A DNA stretch of 64,000 bases from a virus (Duplodnaviria; Caudoviricetes): the IMG/VR virus record IMGVR_UViG_2875882051_000001, positions 21,268 through 85,267 of that record. One strand, written 5' to 3'. A program made the translations under genes and the position numbers. The notes under the pieces are model-generated. The model had not been told where the DNA came from and did no database searches. It worked only from the letters and a program-made list of their open reading frames with translations. Position 1 is the stretch's first letter; every line of letters begins with the position of its first letter. Below are positions 1-9,387 of the stretch, piece after piece.

Positions 1-116
1 ATAGTTAAACCCTTCTCAAATAATTTAGCTAATGCACCATTTCCTTTTACAACATCATCTATATCTGCATCCTCTGCTAGGTCCTTTAATAATTCATTTA
101 TTTCATTCTTTTTCAT
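1..116 (-). CDS. N-terminus of probable capsid scaffolding protein (runs off window)
   Basis: Manual translation MKKNEINELLKDLAEDADIDDVV..., RBS GGAAGGAG, position after head-morphogenesis region. Confidence 0.5.
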   Translation of the reverse strand, partial: MKKNEINELLKDLAEDADIDDVVKGNGALAKLFEKGLT

Positions 117-234
117 TGTTAAACTCCTTCCCTATCCAGTTTTATTACTAACCCTGTATAGTTAACTCATTATTTATTTCTAGCCTTTTCACACCATGCT
201 GAGGGCAAAATAAAAAGCCTTAAACTCTTAAGAC

Positions 235-699
235 TTATTTAATACCTTTGTATGCTGTTTGCAATAAGAACCCCAAGTGATTCCATACTTGATTTTTAAT
301 TCTTTCCTTACATATCTCAGCTCCTATTTCCTCATTATAATTTTTAGGATCAACACATGCTGAACTTTCAACAATTGTAAATCCATTTACTAATGTTGCA
401 ACAACAATAGTGATTTTATCTTTCTTAGTAAACACTTCATAATCAACAATAAAGCTATCAACCATTTGTGCCCCTACTGAAACACCGCTAGGTAAGTTGG
501 GATTATCATCAACCTTCAAATATGACTTTTCAAATACATCCTTAGGCGACCATGAAATATAATCATCTGAATACTTAATCATATATCCTTCTGTTTGGGG
601 ATTTTCATTTTCTGGAATCGTCCAACCTTTGAATCTATTATAATCTCCTAAATTCATTTCCTTAGCTTCTATTAATTTTGTTCCAATATACTTATTCAT
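235..699 (-). CDS. Two-domain phage protein: YIGTKLIEA...SWSPKDVFE N-domain plus N4 Gp49/Sf6 gp66-like (Acb4-like) C-domain
   Basis: C-terminal TIVVATLVNGFTIVESSACVDPKNYNEEIG...VWNHLGFLL pattern typical of the Phage_gp49_66 family. Confidence 0.75.
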   Translation of the reverse strand: MNKYIGTKLIEAKEMNLGDYNRFKGWTIPENENPQTEGYMIKYSDDYISWSPKDVFEKSYLKVDDNPNLPSGVSVGAQMVDSFIVDYEVFTKKDKITIVVATLVNGFTIVESSACVDPKNYNEEIGAEICKERIKNQVWNHLGFLLQTAYKGIK

Positions 700-1274
700 T
701 ATTTTTCATTCCTCCCCAATACATTTCTTTCAATTCTATCTTCAACTCTTCTATTCATCCACATAAGAGCTTCTTCAATATGAGTTAAGGCACATGCATT
801 CTCTCTTGATGAAAACGGTCCTGCTTGAAATGCTTTTAATCTATCTCTTACTATTTCCAACAGATCAGTGTCAATTACACCATGTATTGAATCTTTTTCT
901 TTCCTAGAGCCTTTTTGTAATTGAATGACTACTACATCATTAGCAACATCTTTTTCGTTACCATTATTAATAACTATATGGTATTCATGATGCGCACCTC
1001 CTGGGCCTATTTCATCAGCTGCAAAAACTTGATTTAACTTTTCTCTCTTTTGGATTGTACTTAATTCTTTCATATTCTTGATCCCTCCTATACTATTTTC
1101 TTTTTTTATTTCCACTGTTCCTTCTAAGTCTACTTTCGTATCAATCTTCATTGTGACTTCTGCAATACCTTGCTTTTCTGGTTTATAATGTACATTCATA
1201 TCAAGAATTGTATCTACTCTTTTACCATTAAGCTCGACACAACCTTGATTAACTTTAATGTAAGGGAATTCCAT
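699..1274 (-). CDS. tad1: Thoeris anti-defence sponge Tad1 (699-1073) with in-frame 67-aa N-terminal extension
   Basis: [14 protein letters not shown]...GPGGAHHEY...[57 protein letters not shown] closely matches the Clostridium Tad1 sequence as I recall it; internal RBS TAGGAGG before ATG at 1073. Confidence 0.9.
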   Translation of the reverse strand: MEFPYIKVNQGCVELNGKRVDTILDMNVHYKPEKQGIAEVTMKIDTKVDLEGTVEIKKENSIGGIKNMKELSTIQKREKLNQVFAADEIGPGGAHHEYHIVINNGNEKDVANDVVVIQLQKGSRKEKDSIHGVIDTDLLEIVRDRLKAFQAGPFSSRENACALTHIEEALMWMNRRVEDRIERNVLGRNEK

Positions 1275-1346
1275 TTATACATTCCTCCTAAAATAGAAAT
1301 AAGCCTTTAACGCTGGCTTTGCGAGATATTGGATCACCTTGCCTTT

Positions 1347-1463
1347 CTAAATTTTAATTTTTCTCTTTAAAAAGCAAAAACACAATCCAAATAAATTAAT
1401 TTGAAACCATGCTTCAGCATACCAAGTCCCATTCTCTGCATATTTTGTAATGTAATGATGCAT
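1347..1463 (-). CDS. Small hypothetical protein (38 aa, MHHYITKYAENGTWYAEAWFQINLFGLCFCFLKRKIKI)
   Basis: Manual translation; start directly abuts the upstream ORF stop. Confidence 0.6.
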   Translation of the reverse strand: MHHYITKYAENGTWYAEAWFQINLFGLCFCFLKRKIKI

Positions 1464-1598
1464 TTATTTCACTTCCTTATTATCCAAAATCACTTTATAT
1501 CCATCATGCTCAATTAGTTCCTTATCACTTATTACCGCAATCACTTCATCATCCTTGGTTATAATAATTTTTTTGAATTCATTTTCTCCAATTTTCAT
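1464..1598 (-). CDS. Small hypothetical protein (44 aa, MKIGENEFKKIIITKDDEVIAVISDKELIEHDGYKVILDNKEVK)
   Basis: Manual translation; RBS GAGGA upstream. Confidence 0.6.
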   Translation of the reverse strand: MKIGENEFKKIIITKDDEVIAVISDKELIEHDGYKVILDNKEVK

Positions 1599-1662
1599 AA
1601 TATATTCCTCATTGATTTTAGGCATAATAAAAGCACCTACCTATTAACTTAAGTAAGTGCTT

Positions 1663-1833
1663 TTAGCCTTCTTTTAATTTCTTTCTCTTTTCTAGGTGTT
1701 TTAAATATTTCTCAAAGCTTTTTTTAGCTTCTTCCGGTGCTTTATCAGTTAATACAAATTGATGTGTTTCTTCATCAATATCCCACCATTCATTATTCTC
1801 TTTCCATATAAACAAATCACCTGGTGCTCTCAT
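1663..1833 (-). CDS. Small protein (56 aa), candidate immunity partner of the MuF toxin domain
   Basis: Manual translation MRAPGDLFIWKENNEWWDIDEETHQFVLTDKAPEEAKKSFEKY...; RBS AAGGAG; directly downstream of MuF. Confidence 0.6.
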   Translation of the reverse strand: MRAPGDLFIWKENNEWWDIDEETHQFVLTDKAPEEAKKSFEKYLKHLEKRKKLKEG

Positions 1834-1846
1834 ATGAATCACTCCT

Positions 1847-3256
1847 TTATTTTAGTTTATCAAGTTTTTCCATAAATTTCAATGAAAATTCTCTTGGTTT
1901 TCTTGAATCATAGAATTCTGCAAATACTTCAGATAAAATTTCAGAACCATCAGAAAAATCACTTGAATATCTTGACAATTTGCTTTCTAATAATTCAAAT
2001 AATTCCTTATTATCTTTAATTCCTAGAATATCTTTTCCAATGGAAATCGTATTAATGTTATAAGTATCGTGTACCACATGACCCATTTCATGTTTTACAA
2101 TAGCTCTATATGACGTATTTGGTGTGAACCATCCATCCTCAGATAATTTTGAATACTCATTTTCCAATAACTCTTTATTCCTAAATGCTTTTCCGTTTAT
2201 ATCAAGGATATGACCTCTAGCTTGTGCAAAATCTTCATCTTCCATATAATAATTAGGTCTTAGTGTAAGCTTATTACTTCCGTTGGATATCTTAGGATAT
2301 TTACTAACGATCTCAGACATATCATCAATAGCTTGTTTAACAAGATCAATGTCTCCATCGAAGTTTTTGAACTCTGATAATGCTATTCCTTTATCCTTTG
2401 CATAATTCTTCAAATCTTTTAATTCTTCTTTTGATATTTTAGCTCCCTTGGCTGGCCATATTGTGCTATTGGTAACTCCACTCATATTATCTTTCTTTTC
2501 ATCATTAGCAATAGTGTTAAATCCCCTGCATAATGGATGTACAACTCCAGGAGCTTTATCTAAATCGAATGGTTTTCCATCTAATGCAGCACATCTAGTA
2601 CAAGTTTTAGCATCAAGTACCTCATTACGAATGACCTTTTTAACTCCAGTTTCCTTACAGAACTTTCTAAATGCTTCATCTTCGCATCTATTTACTTCTG
2701 TTTCAACCAGTCTTCTAACTTCATAAGCATTATTATCGTAAGTATCATGAATTAACTTCTTAATTTGATTCACATTAACCTTACCTTTTAAAAAATCTTG
2801 AGTTTGGCTGTGAAGTAACTCTGCTACAGCCTGTTCATTATCCCAAACTCTACTAGAAAAGTGTTTCCCCTTATAATTGTTATCAATAATCTCTTTAACA
2901 TCTTTATGATTAGCATTATAACTATAAAATTTATAAGTGTTACTAACTGTATTATTCAGAATATCCGTTGTTGTCTTATTTGTAATAGTACCTTGGACTT
3001 TTGCATATCCAGTGATCAAATTTAGAAACTTACTACTTAGTTTATCCTGTTCATCCTTGCTAAGATTCATCACCGTGTCAGCTACTGTATAAGTAAGCAT
3101 TACATTTGCTATTTCTTTTAATAAGTTATCTCTATTTTGTTGCTGCTCCTTATAAACTTCCTTTAGTTGATCATTTGCATTATCATAAAGACCTTCAATG
3201 AAATTAGCTTCATCATCTTTACTATAGTGATCCATACTATTCACCTGCAGCTTCAT
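1847..3256 (-). CDS. Minor capsid/head morphogenesis protein (SPP1 gp7/MuF) with C-terminal zincin-like HExxH domain
   Basis: Follows portal; CxxC...HPLCR MuF motif; C-terminal HEMGH...SRY...SEVFAE. Confidence 0.8.
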   Translation of the reverse strand: MKLQVNSMDHYSKDDEANFIEGLYDNANDQLKEVYKEQQQNRDNLLKEIANVMLTYTVADTVMNLSKDEQDKLSSKFLNLITGYAKVQGTITNKTTTDILNNTVSNTYKFYSYNANHKDVKEIIDNNYKGKHFSSRVWDNEQAVAELLHSQTQDFLKGKVNVNQIKKLIHDTYDNNAYEVRRLVETEVNRCEDEAFRKFCKETGVKKVIRNEVLDAKTCTRCAALDGKPFDLDKAPGVVHPLCRGFNTIANDEKKDNMSGVTNSTIWPAKGAKISKEELKDLKNYAKDKGIALSEFKNFDGDIDLVKQAIDDMSEIVSKYPKISNGSNKLTLRPNYYMEDEDFAQARGHILDINGKAFRNKELLENEYSKLSEDGWFTPNTSYRAIVKHEMGHVVHDTYNINTISIGKDILGIKDNKELFELLESKLSRYSSDFSDGSEILSEVFAEFYDSRKPREFSLKFMEKLDKLK

Positions 3257-4505
3257 CTAAATTAATTTTTGTCTTATTTAATTCAGATTCTTTCTTTATC
3301 TTTTCGATTTCATTTTGAGGATTTTCTATAAATGATAATTGAGCTAAACCAGTTTCAGTAGATAGCTTGTCTCCAAGTTTTTGAATTATATCAGCAGTGC
3401 TGGTATCATCTTGCGGAATATTAGGTGTAAACTTAATTTTAATATCTCTATAATCATAAGTTTTGTTTTGGGTTAGATTTAAGTATATAAAGAGAAATTT
3501 TAATCTACTTTTAATGCAATCAGCTAAAGCTCTTTGATTTAATTTGCACTTTTCTTCTAAAGAAATCAATCTAGATCTTAAAGCAACTCCCGAAAGATTA
3601 CTTTGCATTTTCTCATTATGATTTATATGCGACGTCAGCTGGTACATCTTATCTTCTTGAGTAGAAAGAGTATTTTGAATAAAACTATCATTTATATTCT
3701 TTATTAACCATTCAGCTCTTCCTTTATCCGAAGGGACCTGTATAATTCCTTTCTCCTTCATTTCATCTACATCTTCATCCTCTATCTGAAATCCAAAAAG
3801 ACTTAAATATGCATTCCTAAAATCACTTATTTCATTGCTTATATCTGAAAGGTTAGTCTCATACGCATCTTGCAACCCTTTAATATCTTTATAGATTGTG
3901 TCATCTTCTTTTTCAATACTGACCTGTGCTATTGATACAGGCACTTTACCGAATCCATGAGATTCACCTTCATCATCAGTAAAGCCATTTTTATAGTGAT
4001 ACACCGAAGAATCATCATAAACGTCAATATAAACATTTGAATCGAATCTTTTATGATATATGCGCATAAAAAAAAGTATGTTCCCGAAATCATCTACGTG
4101 AGCATACCCTTCTCTTGGAGTTATTATTTTAGAGCTAAATTGTGCTTCATCATCAGTATAGTATAATTCATATGCAAATCCATAAGTAAGCATTCTTTTC
4201 ATAAGATCACTATCATGTTGTTCACTCCAGTGTTCTAAATAGTAATCTATATCATTGACTATATCTGCATTTCCTGATTTAGAAATATAGGTTACATCAT
4301 TTCCAACTGAATAACTTACTTCTTCCTTAATGAATTTTTTTAGGAAATTTACAGGAGTTTTATTATTACTTCTTTCAGTGACCATTTTATAATTTTTCAT
4401 TGCATCCGAATCACCTTTATAATAACTATACATATTATCATAAAGTGGTTTTTTAGCTTTATAGTAGCTATAAACTTTTTCAAGTAATTGTATATCTATA
4501 TCCAA
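3237..4505 (-). CDS. Portal protein, SPP1 gp6-like
   Basis: Size, position after terminase, motifs NFLKKFI, LQDAYE...D, SGVALR, FTPNIP. Confidence 0.9.
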   Translation of the reverse strand: MDIDIQLLEKVYSYYKAKKPLYDNMYSYYKGDSDAMKNYKMVTERSNNKTPVNFLKKFIKEEVSYSVGNDVTYISKSGNADIVNDIDYYLEHWSEQHDSDLMKRMLTYGFAYELYYTDDEAQFSSKIITPREGYAHVDDFGNILFFMRIYHKRFDSNVYIDVYDDSSVYHYKNGFTDDEGESHGFGKVPVSIAQVSIEKEDDTIYKDIKGLQDAYETNLSDISNEISDFRNAYLSLFGFQIEDEDVDEMKEKGIIQVPSDKGRAEWLIKNINDSFIQNTLSTQEDKMYQLTSHINHNEKMQSNLSGVALRSRLISLEEKCKLNQRALADCIKSRLKFLFIYLNLTQNKTYDYRDIKIKFTPNIPQDDTSTADIIQKLGDKLSTETGLAQLSFIENPQNEIEKIKKESELNKTKINLDEAAGE

Positions 4506-4521
4506 AGTCTCAACTCCTTTC

Positions 4522-6369
4522 TTAGATTCCTAGCTTTCTTCTACTTATAAATGTTGCTATTGGAATAACTTTTATTTCTTTCAAAGCATTTTCGCCCTCT
4601 GAAATCATATCTATAAAATCATCATGCGTAGTGTATTTTTGCCCTTGGAATTCAAGTACCTGTTTTACTGCTGCAGAGCTATCTTCACAATCAGAATTTA
4701 TAATTATCTGTCCATTATTTATTGGATCCATAACAGTGCTTATCTTTTCATCCTTGTTTGTTTTCTGCATTTTATTAATAAATTCAAGGCGTCTACTCTT
4801 TAATTTAGGTTCTTTATCGATCAATTCTTGTATTTTAAGAACATCAGCACCCATGAATGTATTTTTCTCAATAACAACATGAGTAATATCTTCATGTCTT
4901 CTAATAAAATCAATGACCTTTTCGCAATAGTCATTATATCCAAGTCTTTTCATTAGCAAATCCCGAACATAAGTAAAGTCATTTGTCGCTTTACTCATTA
5001 CACCCATAGCGGTATAGTCATTTTTCTTACTTGTGCTTGCTGCTGGATCTATAACTAAAACTGTTTTGATAAATTTGTGGTTTTCTATCTCCTCACTAGT
5101 TCTAGTAGCAACAGATTTAAACCACTTTTCGCCTATAGCTGTAGCATCGTTCATGAGCTCAGACATAAATGCAGCTCTATTTTCCCAATACTTTACCGCT
5201 AAATCATTAAAGCAATTCCATTTCTCAGGCCACCAGGTTTCAAATTGCATTTCCTTTTTATGGTCATCGTAGAATTGCTTTGCTTTCTCTTTTCTTTCAT
5301 CTTTATTTAATTTTTCATCAAAATAAATATCGTGGCATTGCAACCATAAACCGGGTTTGTATTCATCTCCAATGGTTTCTCCATATTCAAAAATATCTTC
5401 AATAGTTTGCCCATCTTGAAGTATTATTGCACGTCTTAAGATGGTATAATAATCTCCATTTCGGCTTAATCTACTCATAAGACAATCAATATGCAATACT
5501 GTTCCAATAGCAATTATTTTAGTAGCCGCTTTAATCTTCTTACCATTTCTATATACTGCTTTATCTCCAACTTCTTCAACTTCCTTAGTCCATTTATTAT
5601 ACTGCTTTTCCCTAGCAGCATCAGTTAAAATGTTCTTTTCATCCTGGAAGTCATCACCAATAAATACAGTCGGTCTAATTCCTCCCCAGTTCGCACCTCT
5701 TACAGATGTTCCTGAACCAACAGTCCTGATGTAAGTTCCATTAGTGAACTCAACCTCGTTTGCATTAACTGTATATCTTTCTCCATTTGACTTTAAGGAT
5801 TTAATATCAATTAATTTACCAAAGCATTTAATGATTTTTTGGTTTTCATTAAACACTTTCTTAATGGAATCAAGGAACTGTGTTGCGTCAGTATCAGTTT
5901 TTGCACCTAATAAAGTAAATAATGATTTTTTATAACAGTGCAGATATACGCTAACAGCTTCATCGAATATAGTTGTCTTTGCATATCCTCTAGGCTCAAT
6001 TATTGCAGCCTTATCTCTTTTATCCTCTACAAATATTTCATTTGCAATATCCCATAATTCATAGTGACCTTTAGATAATGTTCTAGCTGCATTAGGCTTA
6101 TGATCTAAAGGAACGCTTTCATCGTCATTTAACCCTTTAGGTACAAATATATCGCTCATAAAGTACAGGCAGAAAAACTCAATATCTTTTTCACCTAATG
6201 CTTTAGCAAGTTTATTCAAATCCCTACTATTCGCTCTAAGTAGCTTATCTGAAATCTCTTTGTCATAATGTTTGCCGAGGTACTTATTTAACAGATATAC
6301 CTCATATTTAAGCTCTGTATCAAATTTTAAGTTGTCAAAGTATATCATGTTATTCCTCCTTTTGGGCAT
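4522..6369 (-). CDS. terL: Terminase large subunit
   Basis: PRGYAKTT Walker A, GDDFQD, IDPAAS nuclease and HDDFIDM motifs. Confidence 0.9.
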   Translation of the reverse strand: MPKRRNNMIYFDNLKFDTELKYEVYLLNKYLGKHYDKEISDKLLRANSRDLNKLAKALGEKDIEFFCLYFMSDIFVPKGLNDDESVPLDHKPNAARTLSKGHYELWDIANEIFVEDKRDKAAIIEPRGYAKTTIFDEAVSVYLHCYKKSLFTLLGAKTDTDATQFLDSIKKVFNENQKIIKCFGKLIDIKSLKSNGERYTVNANEVEFTNGTYIRTVGSGTSVRGANWGGIRPTVFIGDDFQDEKNILTDAAREKQYNKWTKEVEEVGDKAVYRNGKKIKAATKIIAIGTVLHIDCLMSRLSRNGDYYTILRRAIILQDGQTIEDIFEYGETIGDEYKPGLWLQCHDIYFDEKLNKDERKEKAKQFYDDHKKEMQFETWWPEKWNCFNDLAVKYWENRAAFMSELMNDATAIGEKWFKSVATRTSEEIENHKFIKTVLVIDPAASTSKKNDYTAMGVMSKATNDFTYVRDLLMKRLGYNDYCEKVIDFIRRHEDITHVVIEKNTFMGADVLKIQELIDKEPKLKSRRLEFINKMQKTNKDEKISTVMDPINNGQIIINSDCEDSSAAVKQVLEFQGQKYTTHDDFIDMISEGENALKEIKVIPIATFISRRKLGI

Positions 6370-6395
6370 AATAAAAGAACCCTATTTCTAGAGTT

Positions 6396-7079
6396 CTATA
6401 AATTCATATCATTCGCATATTCCTCTGTCTTGAGTTCTAACCCTATCCATGCTAAAGTTAAATCAATTAAATTTTTTAAATCAGTTATATCTTTGTTTTC
6501 CCACTTTTTAACGTAATGTGTTTCATCATTTCCTAACCAAGTGGCTCCTTTAGCCATTTTTTTAATATTAACATTGTCAATCATTTCAATGCATTTTCCC
6601 AACAAATTTTTTTCTATTTCCTCTTTTTCATTAGGCTTTCTATATTTTAAATAATCTTTAATCAAAAATTCAAGAGCCTTCCTATATCCAATCCCTGCTA
6701 TTTGATCTAAGTTATTATCTTCTGCAGATAATGATTGATTATAAATAATAAGAAACATATTTGATATTTCAGATATTTTTTGATATATCTCAATTGTTTT
6801 TGATTTCTTAGGAAATATTGAAATAAATTCACCTTTATATCCTGCATAATAACTACGATTATAATCTTTTCTATATTTTGCAATAAAAAGTTCTTTGCAA
6901 TCCGGACATTGAAGCAGCACATATAAATGCCCAGCATTTATTTCACCTAACATGTTTGGTGATATTCTCAAATTACATATAGGACATTCAGTAATTTTTT
7001 CTACTTCTAATTTATTACAATAATCTGAATAATCTTTATAGCAATTACTCATATCTTCCATTACATTTATTTCAGCCAT
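6396..7079 (-). CDS. DUF4145-like (HEPN-like) domain protein with N-terminal zinc ribbon; moron
   Basis: CPIC/CPDC; GYRKALEFLIKDY and WLGNDETHY motifs; own TATAAT upstream and terminator hairpin at ~6373-6398. Confidence 0.8.
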   Translation of the reverse strand: MAEINVMEDMSNCYKDYSDYCNKLEVEKITECPICNLRISPNMLGEINAGHLYVLLQCPDCKELFIAKYRKDYNRSYYAGYKGEFISIFPKKSKTIEIYQKISEISNMFLIIYNQSLSAEDNNLDQIAGIGYRKALEFLIKDYLKYRKPNEKEEIEKNLLGKCIEMIDNVNIKKMAKGATWLGNDETHYVKKWENKDITDLKNLIDLTLAWIGLELKTEEYANDMNL

Positions 7080-7137
7080 AATCTCCCACCTTTCACATAA
7101 TATAATTATATAAAAGTTGCTATATTCCTTCTAAAAA

Positions 7138-7509
7138 TTACAATTCACCACCATATTTTTCTTTTAATTCAGCTTTAGTAACTTTTATTTCTTCTTGCAG
7201 TTTATCCATATTAAAAGCAGTTTCATCAACTAATATTGCAAGTTTCTTTAATTCTTCTTTACTCATTCCATCAATTACAATATCTAAAGCTTTCTTGTGC
7301 TGCTCTGACCATTTATTTAACTTGATTACTTTTTCTCTAAGCTCACGATCTGTAACATCAACCAAGTATTTAGTTCCACAGGCCTTACATCTAAAGAATC
7401 TAATTTGTATTCCATTATTTAAATGTTTAGTTTCGATTAAATTCTTAGTTTGTTTAATTTCAGCATTACATTCATCACAATATATTGTATTTTTGCCTTG
7501 CTTTATCAC
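7138..7509 (-). CDS. Hypothetical zinc-finger/coiled-coil protein
   Basis: CDEC...CKAC then coiled coil. Confidence 0.7.
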   Translation of the reverse strand: MIKQGKNTIYCDECNAEIKQTKNLIETKHLNNGIQIRFFRCKACGTKYLVDVTDRELREKVIKLNKWSEQHKKALDIVIDGMSKEELKKLAILVDETAFNMDKLQEEIKVTKAELKEKYGGEL

Positions 7510-7821
7510 TTAATCAACCCCTTTGCTTTATTTTAAGGTTCAAGTTTAAAAATTATAGCAAAATTTTATGGAGCTTGCCGACCGTATTTTTTGATTTTTC
7601 ATTTTAGAAGGTACCCCCTTCCATAGGTTTATGCTATAATATCAATATAATCACGCTATAAATATCGGGAAATAATAATTAATTTTTATTCAATAAAACA
7701 TGTATATTCCCTGCCTTATGCACTGATTATTCACTGATTTTATGCATTTCTTTATTCATAAAACGCGAAATCTATTCTGTGTCAGTAGGCAAGCCATTCT
7801 TTAAAATTCCAGTTTATGCAA

Positions 7822-7853
7822 TTATTTCGCTAAATGATGACTTTGCGAAATAA
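7822..7853. repeat. Imperfect palindrome TTATTTCGCTAAA-N7-TTTGCGAAATAA, candidate tyrosine-recombinase site
   Basis: Arms and spacer seen directly; geometry resembles Xer-type sites. Confidence 0.5.
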
Positions 7854-7878
7854 CTTTGAATATTTCAGCCTTTCGTAA

Positions 7879-8322
7879 TTATTTAGCTTGGGAAATATCT
7901 ATCACATTGTTATCACTTTTAATCTCATTAACTAACTGATCTATATCCACATCGGTATTCTTTTCATTATCATTAGTGCTAGTCTCTATCTTAGTGGTTG
8001 TGTTGCCTAGATTCCTATCGATAATGTATTTATTAGTTTCAAAGAACTTAGGATTGCTCTTATCGCTCATTATCTCAGCCAGATTACTAATAGCTAAGGG
8101 CATTAACCCTAGTATTTGCCTCCTGCTCTCCTCTGTTTGCTGAGAATTTAATTCATCTGTACGTTTCTGAAGCTCAGCCTTGAAATCCTTATTATCCAAC
8201 CAATTATAGATAGTCTTTTCTGATACTCCTACTGTTTTAGCAATGTTAGCATTTGTAAGGTTCCCCATCAACATTAGATTGATTGCTTGTATATGTTTCT
8301 CCGCTATTATCATAAATATCAC
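7879..8322 (-). CDS. terS: Terminase small subunit (HTH type)
   Basis: N-terminal HTH IAKTVGVSEKTIYNW; IIDRNLG...K motif; upstream of terL. Confidence 0.75.
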   Translation of the reverse strand: MIFMIIAEKHIQAINLMLMGNLTNANIAKTVGVSEKTIYNWLDNKDFKAELQKRTDELNSQQTEESRRQILGLMPLAISNLAEIMSDKSNPKFFETNKYIIDRNLGNTTTKIETSTNDNEKNTDVDIDQLVNEIKSDNNVIDISQAK

Positions 8323-8554
8323 CTCGTTTTATCTACTTACATATTTACAGTTTTATTTATACAAATTACATGCTAATATTACATAATTATATGCACCTCA
8401 CGCTTTCATATTTAAACTTAATTAGCTTACTTGATTACTTATTCATTTAAAATCAAATCCTCTTATATGGTCTAATAACCGCATTTAAATAGACACTATT
8501 ATTTACTCACTCAAGGGGTACGGTCACTAGGATATATATATTAATATATATGTA

Positions 8555-9208
8555 CTACTCATCGTACCCCCTGATTAAATTCATCGTGTCAATATAAAGT
8601 TTATTATCTTTGTTAACTTTATACTTCTTAACCTTGTAATAATACTTATTCTCTATGGTTTTAATTATTACGTCCAGTTCTCCTTTAGCTAGCTGCAATT
8701 CAGCAAGAGTTATTTCACTCCGTGTATATTTATCTTGGAGTTTCTTAAATGCATTCACATACGCTTTATTCTTCCAAAATGATTTGTATTCTTCAATCGT
8801 TACTTGAGCCAGTTCTCCTAGCGCTTTATCCAATTTAAAGTAATAATAACCATCCTTTGAAATTATCTTTTTATCCTGGAGCGTATTATCCCACTTAATA
8901 ACAGTGTTTTTATTTATCTTTACCTTGCTGGCTATATCGTCTATTGTGTCGGGTTCTTCGGCTGTTCTTATATTGAAATAATTAATAAAGCAATCAGTTT
9001 TGCTAATATTATAGAGCTTATTAATTATCTGCTTATCTCTGCTTATTCCCAACTCGTATATTGTCTTTTTATTCTCAATGGATTTATCCAGCAATATATA
9101 ACCTCTTTCCAATAACCTTTTTTCTAATGTATTGCGCCTTTCAATTTGCTTTAGAGCATTAAGATTAATATTGAGCAAATCTTTTAGTTCATTCCTGCAA
9201 ACTTTCAT
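8555..9208 (-). CDS. Hypothetical protein, probable DNA-binding
   Basis: 217-aa ORF with HTH-like segment IDDIASKVKINKNTVIKW. Confidence 0.65.
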   Translation of the reverse strand: MKVCRNELKDLLNINLNALKQIERRNTLEKRLLERGYILLDKSIENKKTIYELGISRDKQIINKLYNISKTDCFINYFNIRTAEEPDTIDDIASKVKINKNTVIKWDNTLQDKKIISKDGYYYFKLDKALGELAQVTIEEYKSFWKNKAYVNAFKKLQDKYTRSEITLAELQLAKGELDVIIKTIENKYYYKVKKYKVNKDNKLYIDTMNLIRGYDE

Positions 9209-9387
9209 CTTCTTTTTTCATTATTTTTAAAGCATTCCATTAGGTCTCTATTATTGAATGGATAATAATAAAAGTCCATCTTCTCACATTCTTTTTCGCA
9301 ATCTTTGCATTCATCCGGAGACTTAGCGCATATTATTTTTCCTTCTTTAAATCTAACATTCAATTTAACTTTCTTTCTTTTAGCCAT
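9205..9387 (-). CDS. Hypothetical Cys-containing protein
   Basis: 60-aa ORF, ATGA overlap with next gene. Confidence 0.65.
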   Translation of the reverse strand: MAKRKKVKLNVRFKEGKIICAKSPDECKDCEKECEKMDFYYYPFNNRDLMECFKNNEKRR

